This document shows, in pieces, positions 12,533 through 24,969 of a DNA stretch of 64,000 bases. The notes beneath the pieces were generated by a model. The model did no database searches. It was not told where the DNA came from and was given only the letters and a program-made list of their open reading frames with translations. Position 1 is the stretch's first letter. Every line of letters starts with the position of its first letter. Position numbers and translations under genes: made by a program. Source of the DNA: Octopus sinensis. Its lineage: Eukaryota. Where the stretch lies: contig NC_043012.1 in NCBI RefSeq assembly GCF_006345805.1, forward strand, positions 34,534,001 through 34,598,000, read 5' to 3'.

Positions 12533-12713
12533 AGGGACAGTTTACGAAAAAAATCAAAAGACGAAGACAGGTGGTGTACAAAACAAACAGATGTATTAGT
12601 ATAGCGCTCTTTTACGTTTCGAGCCTACGCTCTTCTACAGAAAGTGACACAGAAAAAACAAGGAGAGAAACAAGGAGAGAAAAAATTGTGTGTAGTGGCT
12701 AACGATCTATCAT
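12533..12713 (-). mobile_element. Family B short repeat (PLE-like, hammerhead-like motif)
   Basis: agggacagtttacgaaaa...aagacgaagacaggtggtgtacaaaac...tacgtttcgagcctacgctcttctacagaaag...gtagtggctaacgatctatcat. Confidence 0.9.
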
Positions 12714-13243
12714 AAGCACTCTCACACATTTACCACTTATACATCATGTTTGAAACACGTCTATAATAATATTATACCTTTCATTAGACTCTATAACACG
12801 TTGCCTGATTTATGACAAACATAAAACGATAGACACATTAAGAGAAACGGTCACACATACACACACACACAAACAGAAACACACACATACACGCACACAT
12901 TCGCGCGCACGCAACCATCATCATCATCACCAACTCTAAAACTCTAATTCTAATCTAAATAGGTAAATATCGATAATACACACACACACACATATATATG
13001 CATATATACACACCCCACCTCTCACATATACGTTTATTTATCTACTAGTAAGAAAAACAGCAATAATATGAATCAATATTTACACGGTTCAGGTAAGTAC
13101 CAGTCTGTTTTTGAAAGTTTGAACACAATATTTTCATTTATTCCGCGTGCATCATTGGAAGGAGTCGAGTGCTTGCATAAGGCGCAATGTAACAGAGTTG
13201 CTCAATTGCGTTCCTGCACGCTGAATCTGAATCGAGCCGAGGT

Positions 13244-13449
13244 CACCTGTACTGTTTATTTTCTCCGGGTTCGGTAAATAAAGGATCAATCTCATCATGT
13301 GGACGATTTTTCTTTCTCACTATCCTCCCCGCGCTCTCTCTCTCTCTTTTTTTTTCTTTCGCTGTGAACTGTACATATAATCCAGAAGTCCAACGTTATC
13401 ACGCTAGTTCGGACAGACTTTCGATAAGGGTACATGTGTCAGAATAATC
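13244..13449 (+). repeat. ~200-bp direct repeat, copy 1
   Basis: cacctgtactgtttattttc...ggacagactttcg.taagggtacatgtgtcagaataatc recurs at 15907-16100 with high identity. Confidence 0.92.
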
Positions 13450-13524
13450 TGGCGTTTACGCATAAATTGCGGACTGACGGTACCATCTTCCGGTGAAGCT
13501 TCGAAGTCACAGTTGTTAAAATCA

Positions 13525-13577
<53 letters not shown>

Positions 13578-13687
13578 CACACACACATGCTTTTAAAAAT
13601 AAAAAAAAATCCTAAAAATATCTATATAGATAGTATGAGATGCGTAATTCGATATTCTTAAACTAAAATATTCAATTTGTTACAGCC

Positions 13688-13719
<32 letters not shown>

Positions 13720-13789
13720 TTATATATATATATTACATACATATATATATATATATACATACATATATATATATATATTATATATATAA

Positions 13790-13849
<60 letters not shown>

Positions 13850-13909
13850 GTGTATATATATATATACATAAACATATATACATATATTTATATATTGAAA
13901 GTGTGTGTA

Positions 13910-13949
<40 letters not shown>

Positions 13950-13955
13950 CACATA
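13688..13955. repeat. (TA)n microsatellite field
   Basis: Directly visible. Confidence 0.95.
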
Positions 13956-14357
13956 TACTTGTGCATGTTATGAGTATGTCTTCATTAACTACATTCAACT
14001 GCATCAATATCCATCTGAAGGTATGCAGTGTACCAACGTAACGATATCAATATCAATAATATCCCTTATGTATAATTAATTTAAATCTAATTACTCAGCT
14101 AACACAGCTAAATACTACTAACACATCAAAACCTTACAAAGTTCAGAAGCTTTATAAAATTATATCTAAAATATGTAATTAAATTATTACGTGAGATATT
14201 TGATAGCTACTCCAGTAGCGATAAGTATTACGGTTGCTTAATAAATCAATCAATTACTTAGCCGTACTTATCCGTTTATTTAGCTTAACATGTGTGTATT
14301 GGTATGATGTTCAACAAGTAGTATAGCACTAGATCAGTTAAGAGAGTCTATATATAT

Positions 14358-14411
<54 letters not shown>

Positions 14412-14693
14412 TTTGATAATATCATTGCCAACAACGTACGTTACGACAAAATCACGCATCCAAACTCTATCCCACATTTAACCTGCATTTATTGGAATTC
14501 CCTCAACTTTCCACTTCCCACTGGAATAATCTTGCCTCTCAAAGGCTTTGATTTATAGAGTCACCATAACACCTCCCGATGATATTATGAAACTTACTTG
14601 GAAAAACAGTCAGTGATATCAACGGAAGGTTTACGAAACCCATGCATTTCTTCAGCTGGAGGAACAAGGAAACTATATTTTCCTGTCCCGAAA

Positions 14694-14922
14694 GGCGGCG
14701 AGCTGGCAGAAACGTTAGCACGCCGGGCGAAATGCGTAGCCGTATTTTCGTCTGTCGTTACGTTCTGAGTTCAAATTCTGCCGAGGTCGACTTTGCCTTT
14801 CATCCTTTCGGGGTCGATAAATTAAGTACCAGTTCACTGGGGTCGATGTAATCAACTTAACCCGTTTGCCTGTCCTTGTTTGTCCCCTCTGTGTTCAGCC
14901 CCTTGTGGGTAGTAAAGAAATA
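14694..14922 (+). mobile_element. Family A SINE, full length
   Basis: Consensus match; exact 17-bp TSD tatattttcctgtcccg at 14674-14690 and 14923-14939. Confidence 0.95.
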
Positions 14923-15906
14923 TATATTTTCCTGTCCCGTTTCATTTGGGTACTGAAGGTCAAAGAAATCAATTCCCTCACCATCATATGAAGTATTGCT
15001 CGCAGAAACTGTATATTCTGTAACACAGTGAATTTCCTACAAAAAAAAAAACACGAGAGAAAGAAATGAAAAAAATACGCTGTAGCTATTGAAGAACTTG
15101 AAACTTTTGATAACATGGAAAGGCAAACTTAGCACTTGTTGGCTCATGCACAATTACCGGATATGCAATTGCTATTTACTGCTGTGAAATTATTTCTTCC
15201 TACATGTTATTGCGGTAATTCACCACCACTCGGTTAAATTATACCACGCAGCTACGCTTGACACGGAAACTGATACCTAACCTGACACCACAGCGCCGTA
15301 TCAGCCATTAGCGTCACTGAACTCTCAAACTTTACAGATTGCCGATTCTCTTTACCGCAGAGAACAATGTAGAAGAATCAGCTGGTGCAGGTATTTTGCT
15401 AAAGTGTGCCCATGACCTGGATTGATCAACAGAGGCTCAAAAATAACCAGTTTGAAGCTATCTTTAAATTATCTTAATTCCGACTCTGTACTTCCGTGAA
15501 TGTAGACGCTTATCTGGGCGTACGAAACTTTAGAAACCTTAATGTGGAGTCGAGTCAGCTTGCTTTGGAATACACATCCAGTTTAATGTATTCGGTTTTA
15601 CTTTCTTTTATTGTCAATGTACTTCATTGAAGTACGGTCCATTTTTTGGCGGCCTCTTTTTGCTGACCTGCTGAAACAAACTGAAGTCAATTGTCAAGGG
15701 AGGCGAATACAAACATCGAGATGCGTGCGCGCACACAGACATACTATATACATACATAGATACGTATATAATGTCTATCCTTGGAGAAATTTAAACCTCA
15801 AGCATTCCAACATCCCCCGTATGAATCGATTTTGAACACCAAATTGGCCTCAGTCACAATCTACGGCCAACGTAACTCCTGTTAACAATTGAAATACACT
15901 CGCTTT

Positions 15907-16100
15907 CACCTGTACTGTTTATTTTCTTCGGGTTCGGTAAATAAAGAATCAATCTCGTTGTGTGGCCGATTTTTCTTTCTCATTATCCTCCCCGCTCTCT
16001 CTCTCTCTTTCGCTGTGAACTGTATATATAATCCAGAAGTCCAACCTTATCCCGCTAATTCGGACAGACTTTCGCTAAGGGTACATGTGTCAGAATAATC
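15907..16100 (+). repeat. ~200-bp direct repeat, copy 2
   Basis: Matches 13244-13449. Confidence 0.92.
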
Positions 16101-16548
16101 AGAGCCCATATCCTTAGGTGAACCAGGTACCACAAGAGCACAAAATAACTGACAGAAAACTTTGGTCCCAAATTTTACTTTCTATTCAAAAGAATTATTT
16201 GAATTTCAGATCAAAGAAAATTAATTTTAGATCCACTTCCCTCATCAACGAAAATTTTGTCAAGTCAAACAAATACTTCTGACGAATTTTTTTCTCATTT
16301 GGGATCTATTAACACTTACTGGTAACTAATATGGTCTTTGGTAAAGAATGCAATAAAGTGGAATCGGCGTCATTGTGGAGAAAGGAACAGTTTTTATCAT
16401 GGATGATCATTTTACAGATTGTACCCCGAGGAAACTTAAATTAACTGTAAACGACTTTAGCCGAATAAATATTAGTATTATGCTACATACGTTGTATTGG
16501 GGAGCTTTCTGATCTTTGCTCTTTCTGAGTGTACGTCCTTGGGCATTT

Positions 16549-16775
16549 GCGAGCTGGCAGAAACGTTAGCACGCCGGGCGAGGTGCGTAACCGTATTTCG
16601 TCTGCCGTTACGTTCTGAGTTCAAATTCCGCCGAGGTCGACTTTACCTTTCATCCTTTCGGGGTCGATAAATTAAGTACCAGTTACGCACTGGAATCGAC
16701 ATAATCGACTCAATCCGTCTGTCTGTCCTTGTTTGTCCTCTCTGTGTTTAGCCCCTTGTGGGTAGTAAAGAAATA
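16549..16775 (+). mobile_element. Family A SINE
   Basis: gcgagctggcagaaacg...gtagtaaagaaata consensus match; no clear TSD. Confidence 0.92.
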
Positions 16776-17341
16776 TATACGTATATAAATATATGCTAAT
16801 TATTTATGCACAAGTACTCGCACATACATACACACAGACATATGTAAACTGGTACGAATTCGATGCAACTTGCATAAAGGATTAGTCAATACAATATCAC
16901 AAGATATAATATAATAACCAATCTAGCAAATATATTTGATAGAAACTCACGTTGCGTTGATGTATTCTAGTGATTTTGCTACGAATTATTTTATGATTAA
17001 ATTTTAAAGCCACTTCCCTCATCAATACTGCACGGAAATGGCTCTTTTCGTGAGTGGTTGGTTTCCCCTTTAGTATTCTATGATGCACAGTTGCATTCAT
17101 TTTATTACCTCAATTTCTATATGTGCATATGTATGTATACGCACATAGCACACATGCATACATACATACACACACACACATTCACACACGTACACACAAA
17201 CACTCAGACACAGACACACGCACACGCACATTCACAATATATGTGTGCGTACGTGAAGGTATCTGAGGGAATGTGCGAGTACGTTTTCATGAGAGTAAGG
17301 GTGTAATTATACAGTCTTTTTAAAATTCCAGCATATATATA

Positions 17342-17486
17342 TATACTGAAAATAAGCAACAAGGATATCCAAGGTAGTGTAGTACAATCGTTTCATGCTA
17401 CTTCATTTTATTAAACGCTGTATGAAGCAGCATGAAACGATTGTACTACACTACCTTGGATATCCTTGTTGCTTATTTTGAGTATA
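17342..17486. repeat. Near-perfect inverted repeat: 65-bp arms, 15-bp spacer
   Basis: 17342-17406 is the reverse complement of 17422-17486 with about two mismatches. Confidence 0.95.
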
Positions 17487-17590
17487 ATCACCCCATTTGA
17501 TTTATATGGATAATACCATACGAAATTCTGGTGCCTTTAACTTAAGTACCATATTCATCTGAATCTAAATTTTGCTGAACTTATATATAT

Positions 17591-17679
<89 letters not shown>

Positions 17680-17741
17680 CACACACATGTGTGTGTGCGT
17701 GTTTGTGCGTGTCCGTGTCTGTGTATGTGTGTTTGTGTGTT

Positions 17742-17778
<37 letters not shown>

Positions 17779-18119
17779 GAGTATGTGTGCGTGTATGTAA
17801 TTACATATGTAAATCTAAGAATATGTAACGTTAAATAGGAGTAGGGTGTGTCAGGGAGGGACGAGATATTCAGTAGAATCCCGCCAATTCCTTTCAGGTG
17901 CAGTTCCTCTGCCACTGGCTACCACCTACATCAGCTTCTGATTCTATTAACTTCTTACATAGTCCAGTGGATTGTCGCCTGGTCAACGGCATTGGCAAGT
18001 GTGGCTAATTCAGATAAACGGGAACTGATAGATAGATGTGAGTTCAAGTCCATTAGGAAGCCTTCCACTATTTCAGTCCAAAAACTTTTTAGTCCAATGT
18101 TTATATAGCTCAACGCGTC

Positions 18120-18328
18120 CAGCTGGCAGAATCGCTAGTATGCCGGGAATAATGCTTAGCGGCATTTTGTCCGTTTTTACGTCCTCAGTTCAAATTCCGC
18201 CAAAGTTGACTTTGACATTCATCGTTTCGAGATCGATAAAATATATACTATTTGAGTACTGGACTCGATGTAATCGACTTACCCCTCCTTCGGAATTGAT
18301 AGCTTTGTGCCAAAATTTCAAACCATTA
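18120..18328 (+). mobile_element. Old, diverged family-A-related SINE with a different 3' tail
   Basis: agctggcagaatcgctag...gttcaaattccgcc...cgatgtaatcgactt followed by the tail acccctcc...ctttgtgccaaaatttcaaacca. Confidence 0.8.
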
Positions 18329-19056
18329 TTTATATAGCTTTATTTGCTTCCATGCTTAGTATTCTCAGAAACAACTGTTTCATATTCTAGAAGTTTCTAA
18401 ATTCTTATGAGATCAACAAAACACACGCACAAATTCAACAAAACACACACACAAATTCTCATGCGCACCCAATTCGCACCCAAAGTGAAAGTAGAACGAT
18501 GCTGTTTTTAAGACAAACTGCGGCATTAACCCCCCCCCCACCAAGATCAACTCATTGTTTACACCATGTTAATTCATGGAAAGTTTTCATTCCTTAAGAT
18601 TATCTCATCCCTCCATTATACATGAAGAATTTATAAATTGTACAATATTTAATATATCTTTGTTCACCTTTTCTTTCCAAATAATTACGACTGTCCACTG
18701 TGTATACTTATATACAATTATCATCTCTCTCTCTCTTTCACTCTCTCCCGCTCTAATATATATACATACACACACATACACCTATGTATGTATGTATACA
18801 CACACCTATGTACATACAGGCACACACACATATGTGTATACACATATAGTATGTATATATATTTAAGCATATATGCATATATGTGTGTGTGTACGTGTGA
18901 GTGACTATGTTGGTTAAAATTAACGCTATGTCGTTCTATCGTCAGCTGTCACAACCACTTTAGCAAATTCTGACGTTATCACACGACACAAGCGATAACA
19001 TAATGTTAATCTTAATTGTTGCCACCATATATCTAAACATATGTGTGTAAATAAAC

Positions 19057-19119
<63 letters not shown>

Positions 19120-19178
19120 TGTATGAAAGTGTGTGGTTATATATGTGAATGTATATATTTATATATCTGTCTCTGTCC

Positions 19179-19247
<69 letters not shown>

Positions 19248-19353
19248 AATGTATCTATCTATCTATCTATATATATATATGTGTGTGTGTAAATATATAT
19301 ATATGTGCATATGTATACAAATGTGTGCATATATATATATATATATATATACA

Positions 19354-19389
<36 letters not shown>

Positions 19390-19440
19390 TGTGTGTATAT
19401 ATATAGATATCAACATATATATGTATATATGTATATATAT
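19057..19440. repeat. Compound (TA)/(CTGT)/(TG) microsatellite field
   Basis: Directly visible. Confidence 0.95.
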
Positions 19441-19617
19441 CTGTTTAATTTTCAAGGAAAGATTTGTAGAAATCGTTACCAGGGTAGCCAAATGTCACAT
19501 AAGAACTTTTAAGATATTAGTAATATATATAATTCGAAGAAGTGAAATATGTTATATATATATATATGTTTGTGTCATTATAATCAAGGATAAAATCTAC
19601 ACACACACACACACACA

Positions 19618-19790
19618 CGACGATCTGTTAGTTTCTCTAAAATCCACAACCAAATCCATTCGCAAAGCTTTGGTCGGCCCGGGGCGATAATAATGGAAGA
19701 CACTCTCCCAATGTGTCATGCGTGGAATTGAACCTAGAACCATGCTATTGGGAATGAAAGCCCTTACCACACGATCATGCCAGCGCCTGA
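19618..19790 (-). mobile_element. CORE-type tRNA SINE (family D), 5' half
   Basis: ccaaatccattcgcaaagctttggtcggcccgggg...gaagacact...gaaccatg...cttaccacac matches 60480-60638. Confidence 0.8.
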
Positions 19791-19899
19791 AGCTATACGC
19801 TATTAAATTCTAAAAGATAAGAATTACTTAAAGACTCCATTTTTGTATCTGGTTTTGTATCTGGTTTATGTGAATTCGTGTATAGAAACAAACTGTGTG

Positions 19900-20080
19900 T
19901 CTAAGGAGAATCAGTATGCCGATATTATTAACACACGCACTGGTATATTTCCATTCTTTTGTTATTAATCAATTGGTTAATTGGATATTAATTGGATATT
20001 CAACCAATTGACTAATGATAAAAAAGTGGAATTGAACCAGTGCGTGTGTTAATAATATTGGCATAATGATTCTCGCTAGA
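19900..20080. repeat. Imperfect inverted repeat, ~80-bp arms
   Basis: tctaaggagaatcagtatgccgatattattaacacacgcactggt... mirrors ...accagtgcgtgtgttaataatattggcataatgattctcgctaga. Confidence 0.9.
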
Positions 20081-21688
20081 TTACTTAAATAATTCAATAC
20101 AAATTATACCAAGAATCTTGTAGGGTAGAAGCCAATATTCTGGTTTATTATCCCCACCATGATGCCGTATAATTGCAGCTTTGATCAGTTACACTTATGA
20201 TCAAAGGAATTTCATCCTTGACAAGCGTACCGATTTGCCCAGATGCAGAAGGATGGAGTTTAGCTGTTATTTGTAGCATTTCGATTCGTTTATGTTATTT
20301 AGCTCTACGCCATCTTTCATTAAGCTAGACTATGATAAAAGACATTCCAGAGTCGCAACTAATCCATCTTTTTTTTTCAAAGATATAATGTATTTAGAAT
20401 TATTGTGTTCAACGTCTTTGCCTTTTTAAAGATGGAAATTTAGAGGAGTCTTCGCTGCTATTTCTAGTAGATCGAGCGACCAGTTACACACGATACCTCA
20501 CTTCGTTAGTTTGTGTCCGTTTTCATATCATTGGGGCACCTATGTCTCTTCTTTCACAGGTGTGACATGGTACAAATAAAATGTGCAGACAAACGAAAGG
20601 TAAAATAAGTTACCCGGATATGTGACAACATGGCTTCAACGAACATTTCAAGCGAAATCAGAATTCAAACACTAGAAATACATCGTTCACATTCCTTCTT
20701 AATTGATCACTTCCTTCTTGTCGATAATGAACAATTATCCATAATTGTCTTTAATGGTGGAAAACTTAACCTGAAATACTAAAACCGGGCTAATCGGATT
20801 AAATATTCGTTGTTATGTCTTTGCTTTATTCACGACTTTCTATGGTTTCCTTCTCTTTACCCAATCTCGACAATTCTCTGTCATATCAGGAATCTGTTAA
20901 ATTTACCATTTCCAAAAACTTCAATGGAAACTTTATTCGGGTAATAGAATATTTGGTCTTATTTGGCAGTAAATACCGGTGGGACAGTTTCTATAGAAGA
21001 AATTCGAGCAGTTTTTCAATTGAAATACCGTCAACTGAATTTACCACCAGGTAAAGGAGATAACGTTGGCCGGGCGTAAATAGTTGCGTGTAGCCATCGA
21101 AAAAGTCTCGTACTTTAGAGATCTTGTACTCGATACTGAATTTTGCTTGCGGGCGGACTGGAATCTTAACTTTTAGCTGCCTCTGCTCAGTTATTTGTAA
21201 ATACATTAGAACGGATACAACTTACCACTTCACTCAGCGACAACGTATACGAGTTCTTTATCTTATAGTTCCAAGTTCAATTCATTCTGTGGGAAAATCT
21301 GCCTACATTAGAACAGACTCCAATCCGAATAAACTTTTATCAACAAGAACGAGAGATAAGGCAAAAGCCACATGGTAATTGTCCATGAACCATCAAATGT
21401 ATCAGAAATAATGGAACAGTGTACGTTAAATGACTGATCTTTTCACAAAAGCATTTCAATTGCAAATTTCTCCACCTCCCCTTCTGCAGTTTCATATTTT
21501 ACCATTCAGTCTTCTTGGACAATTTGATAAAAATTAGGTATATAAGGGTGGTCTCATAAAATCTTTTTATACAAATAATGCTGTATATAGTCGCGGCCAT
21601 AAAATCTCCCCTCAACAAAGTTTGTTTTTCTATCTTATGAGAAATGAATGACAAGAGAATCAAATTTCTTGATTTATAATAATAAGAG

Positions 21689-21910
21689 ATACCTGTTTCT
21701 TTACTACACACAAGGGGCTAAACACAGAGGAGACAAACGGATTAAGTCGGTTACATCGACCCAGTGCGTAACTGGTACTTAATTTATAGACCCCGAAAGG
21801 ATGAAAGGCAAAGTCGACCTCGGCGGAATTTGAACTCAGAACGTAACAGCGGACGAAATACGGCTACGCATTTCGCCCGGCGTGCAAACGATTCTGCCAG
21901 CTCATCGCCT
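21689..21910 (-). mobile_element. Family A SINE, full length
   Basis: Reverse-complement consensus; TSD taataagagata(c/t)c at 21680-21693 and 21913-21926. Confidence 0.93.
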
Positions 21911-22601
21911 TATAATAAGAGATATCTGTTAGCTGGTTACCAACCATATAGAATTGAGGAAATTGCCAAAATAAAAGTTTATCATCCACATTACAGAGCT
22001 GGTTGCATTAGATTAAAAAAATATATTTCGAGACCTTGTGTCTCTTTTCAAGAACTACAATTACTACTACCTTCTTTTAGTAATGCATTACTATATTTAA
22101 ATCATGTATTACTATATTAATTACTATACGAGGGATGAAAGTTGTAGAGGCGTTAGAAATGTTGGTCAGTAGGGATCTCTAAAGAATCGCTCGCTTCTCG
22201 ATATACATTCCATACAAAGCGCTGCACCGTAGTCATCACAAATACAGTAACTCTATATTTTATCTACGTAACTATAAATACCGATGATTGATAAAATTAC
22301 ATCTCGAAACTGTGATGTGTATGGCAGAAGCAAGGTTTCAGTTACTTTTAGCGTTTAATTAAAACCATTTTGTATTAAGTGTCACTTTAGCGATGCGTAA
22401 CTTATACCAAAATGAATAAGTCAACGGGTGCAGGATTGACTAGTTTATATGAAAACTATAAGAGTTGATGATTATTTTCTACACTATTAATTGCTATTTA
22501 AACCCACTGAATATTTTAATTCTAAAACATATCAACTAAAGATGTTACCGTTCAATCGTATTTGTGTGGAATATCTTTAAACTCAGATCTTATATTATTT
22601 T

Positions 22602-22723
22602 AGGGATAGTTTACGAAAAAAACAAAAGACGAAGACAGGTGGTGTACAAAACAAACAGATGTATTAGTATAACGCCCAGGAATAGAAAAAGTCTTTTACG
22701 TTTCGAGCCTACGCTCTTCTACA
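22602..22723 (-). mobile_element. Family B short repeat, truncated
   Basis: agggatagtttacgaaaa...tacgtttcgagcctacgctcttctaca. Confidence 0.9.
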
Positions 22724-22774
22724 ATATTTTAAACTGTTACGCTTTGATTTGTCTGATCTTACGTTTGGCAACAA

Positions 22775-22798
22775 AATAAATAAATAAATAAATAAAAG

Positions 22799-22856
<58 letters not shown>
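22775..22856. repeat. (AAAT)n/(TAA)n microsatellite
   Basis: Directly visible. Confidence 0.97.
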
Positions 22857-22860
<4 letters not shown>

Positions 22861-24121
22861 CCCAAAACAACAGCTTTGTTCAATTGTATGCTCTTATATT
22901 TGAAACTCCATGTCAGAAATAAAACGTAGTTTATAGGTTTACGTAAAAATGCCTGAAGTTGACACAGGGGTGAAAATTAATGCAATATTAGGAGCGATTA
23001 GTGTGGCACTACTTGCATCAAGCTCCATCAACCTTCTCCGATAAATGATGCATTTAACCAGAATGTTATTTACACTTTTAAAGTTAATTAATGTGTAAAA
23101 TAATGAAGCGTTAAATAGGTGACGACCAACATTTCAACAGATTATAATTCAGCGATTAATCATTTACCATTAGTAAAACGGTAATATTGCTGGCTGACCA
23201 CCTGCTAAATATGTAGAAGGCCAAACTCATCGACAAATACTTTCCTAAAAGCCTCTGACATGGAAACGTTTCTTCATTTCCAAAGATGAAAGCTGCTTAA
23301 CATAACAGCTCGTTCTAAAGAATAATTTTGTTCCACTAACTTCTTGCAATTTTATTAAATACGTTTGAAGTTGCAACATACTTATTAAGCTGTTGTTTTT
23401 TCGTTTTCATTTGTTGTCTTTGCACACGTTGAGTTAATGGGATTACTGTTACCAATTGTTTTTGTTTTATTGGATTTTGTTTTCTGTATTAAATACACCC
23501 GCCCGTAAAACAGGTCTACATCTCTCCAAAGCTTTCATGATTAATACAGGAAATGACACAAATAAGTTCAGATTAGTAAATGTATTAATATATATGCTTT
23601 TGAAATTAAATTATACTTTTCTAGCGTTTTCTATTACAAAATAGGCACGTTCAGACATCGCAAGTCTTTATATGATATGCATCTGTGTGTCTATGCATCT
23701 GTGTGTGAGAGAGTGTTTTATAAAATCTCTCACTCACTCAACTAAATTCTCGATCGATAGTTCTTTTGATCCTACAAATACCGTTTGTTACTCTCAATCG
23801 GTTAAAAAGAAATCCCTTTTCTCTCGAAAAATTGCAAATAAACAAACACGTAAAGAAGCAAACAAATTTACGCATTTTCAATCATAGAATAATGTAAAAT
23901 ATAAAGGAAACGATAGATATAGATGTGATAAAGGGTAGAATAAGGGTCTTAATCGGTAGATTAATTAGGTATAAAGGGGTGTGAAGGTGGAATAAAAAGC
24001 GAAACGAGTAGCGAATGAACGTTGTTTAAATGTCAGTGATTCATATTAATGGATTTTAATGGATTTATTTATAAATGTTTAACATTGCTAAAGGTAAAAC
24101 ATTCGATGGAATTCATTGCGG

Positions 24122-24123
<2 letters not shown>

Positions 24124-24191
<68 letters not shown>

Positions 24192-24212
24192 GTTGTTGTT
24201 GTTGTTGTTGTT
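24124..24212. repeat. (TTA)n(TTG)n microsatellite
   Basis: Directly visible. Confidence 0.97.
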
Positions 24213-24480
24213 AATGTTTCAATAGCAGGCGATTCGAAGGTGAAATGTAAGGAAAGAGAAAAGAGTGAGAAATACCAGCCACTGCGGGACGAGATAGGAA
24301 AGTTATGGGGCATGAGGAAAGGAATGGTGATACCTTGTGGTAATTGGGGCATTAGGAGCAGTTTCCAAAGGCTTTGACAAACATATTTAGAATATTGGAG
24401 CTGCTGTCAGGCTCGAAGCGATCCCGAAGGGAGTATTATTGGGTGCAGCTCGCATTCTAAGGAGAGTATTATCTCTTTGA
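24210..24480 (+). pseudogene. 3' fragment of an R4/Dong-like non-LTR retrotransposon (restriction-like endonuclease C-terminus)
   Basis: Translates, with one frameshift, as VSIAGDSKVKCKEREKSEKYQPLRDEIGKLWGMRK..VIP/VVIGALGAVSKGFDKHI...VLLGAARILRRVL, matching the KxxKY / PVVIGALG / LLGTARILR motifs of R4/Dong-clade elements. Confidence 0.82.
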
Positions 24481-24874
24481 GTCACAGGACAAAGCACTAC
24501 TTGAAACTTTTTGTGATTTATTATTGCCTGCTTTCAAGTAAAGAACAACCGATAATTAAGTACCATCCAAGAGTTTTTCAGAATACTAATAGAAGACATC
24601 GGCAGCGATGTGACGGCTACTTTTTATGCCACTGTTTTCTAGAAGTGAAATACAAAAGCAAACAAAACAAAGCTTAGTTATTTAATAATCGTCTAAAAAA
24701 TTTGGTTGTTGTCTTCGATCGCAATAAAATTGCGAATGGGATAAACAACAGCAACCATTAATGCAATCTATGTATAGATAAGTATTTAATAAAAAAAATT
24801 CTTCGCAAATATGAAGTTATTTATATTTCAAAACATTCCTTTTCTTTATGTGTTTATTATAAATGTATGTCTCT

Positions 24875-24969
<95 letters not shown>

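Noticed and set aside
13244-16100. LTR retrotransposon or TRIM
   Set aside because: No TG...CA termini, PBS, PPT, TSD or gag/pol remnants; kept only as a direct repeat.
21764-22120. Recurrent ORF MRNWYL...RPRKDERQSRPRRNLNSER as a multigene peptide family
   Set aside because: It is the antisense reading of family-A SINE copies (also 5648, 36160, 43365, 59078), starting at a GTG.
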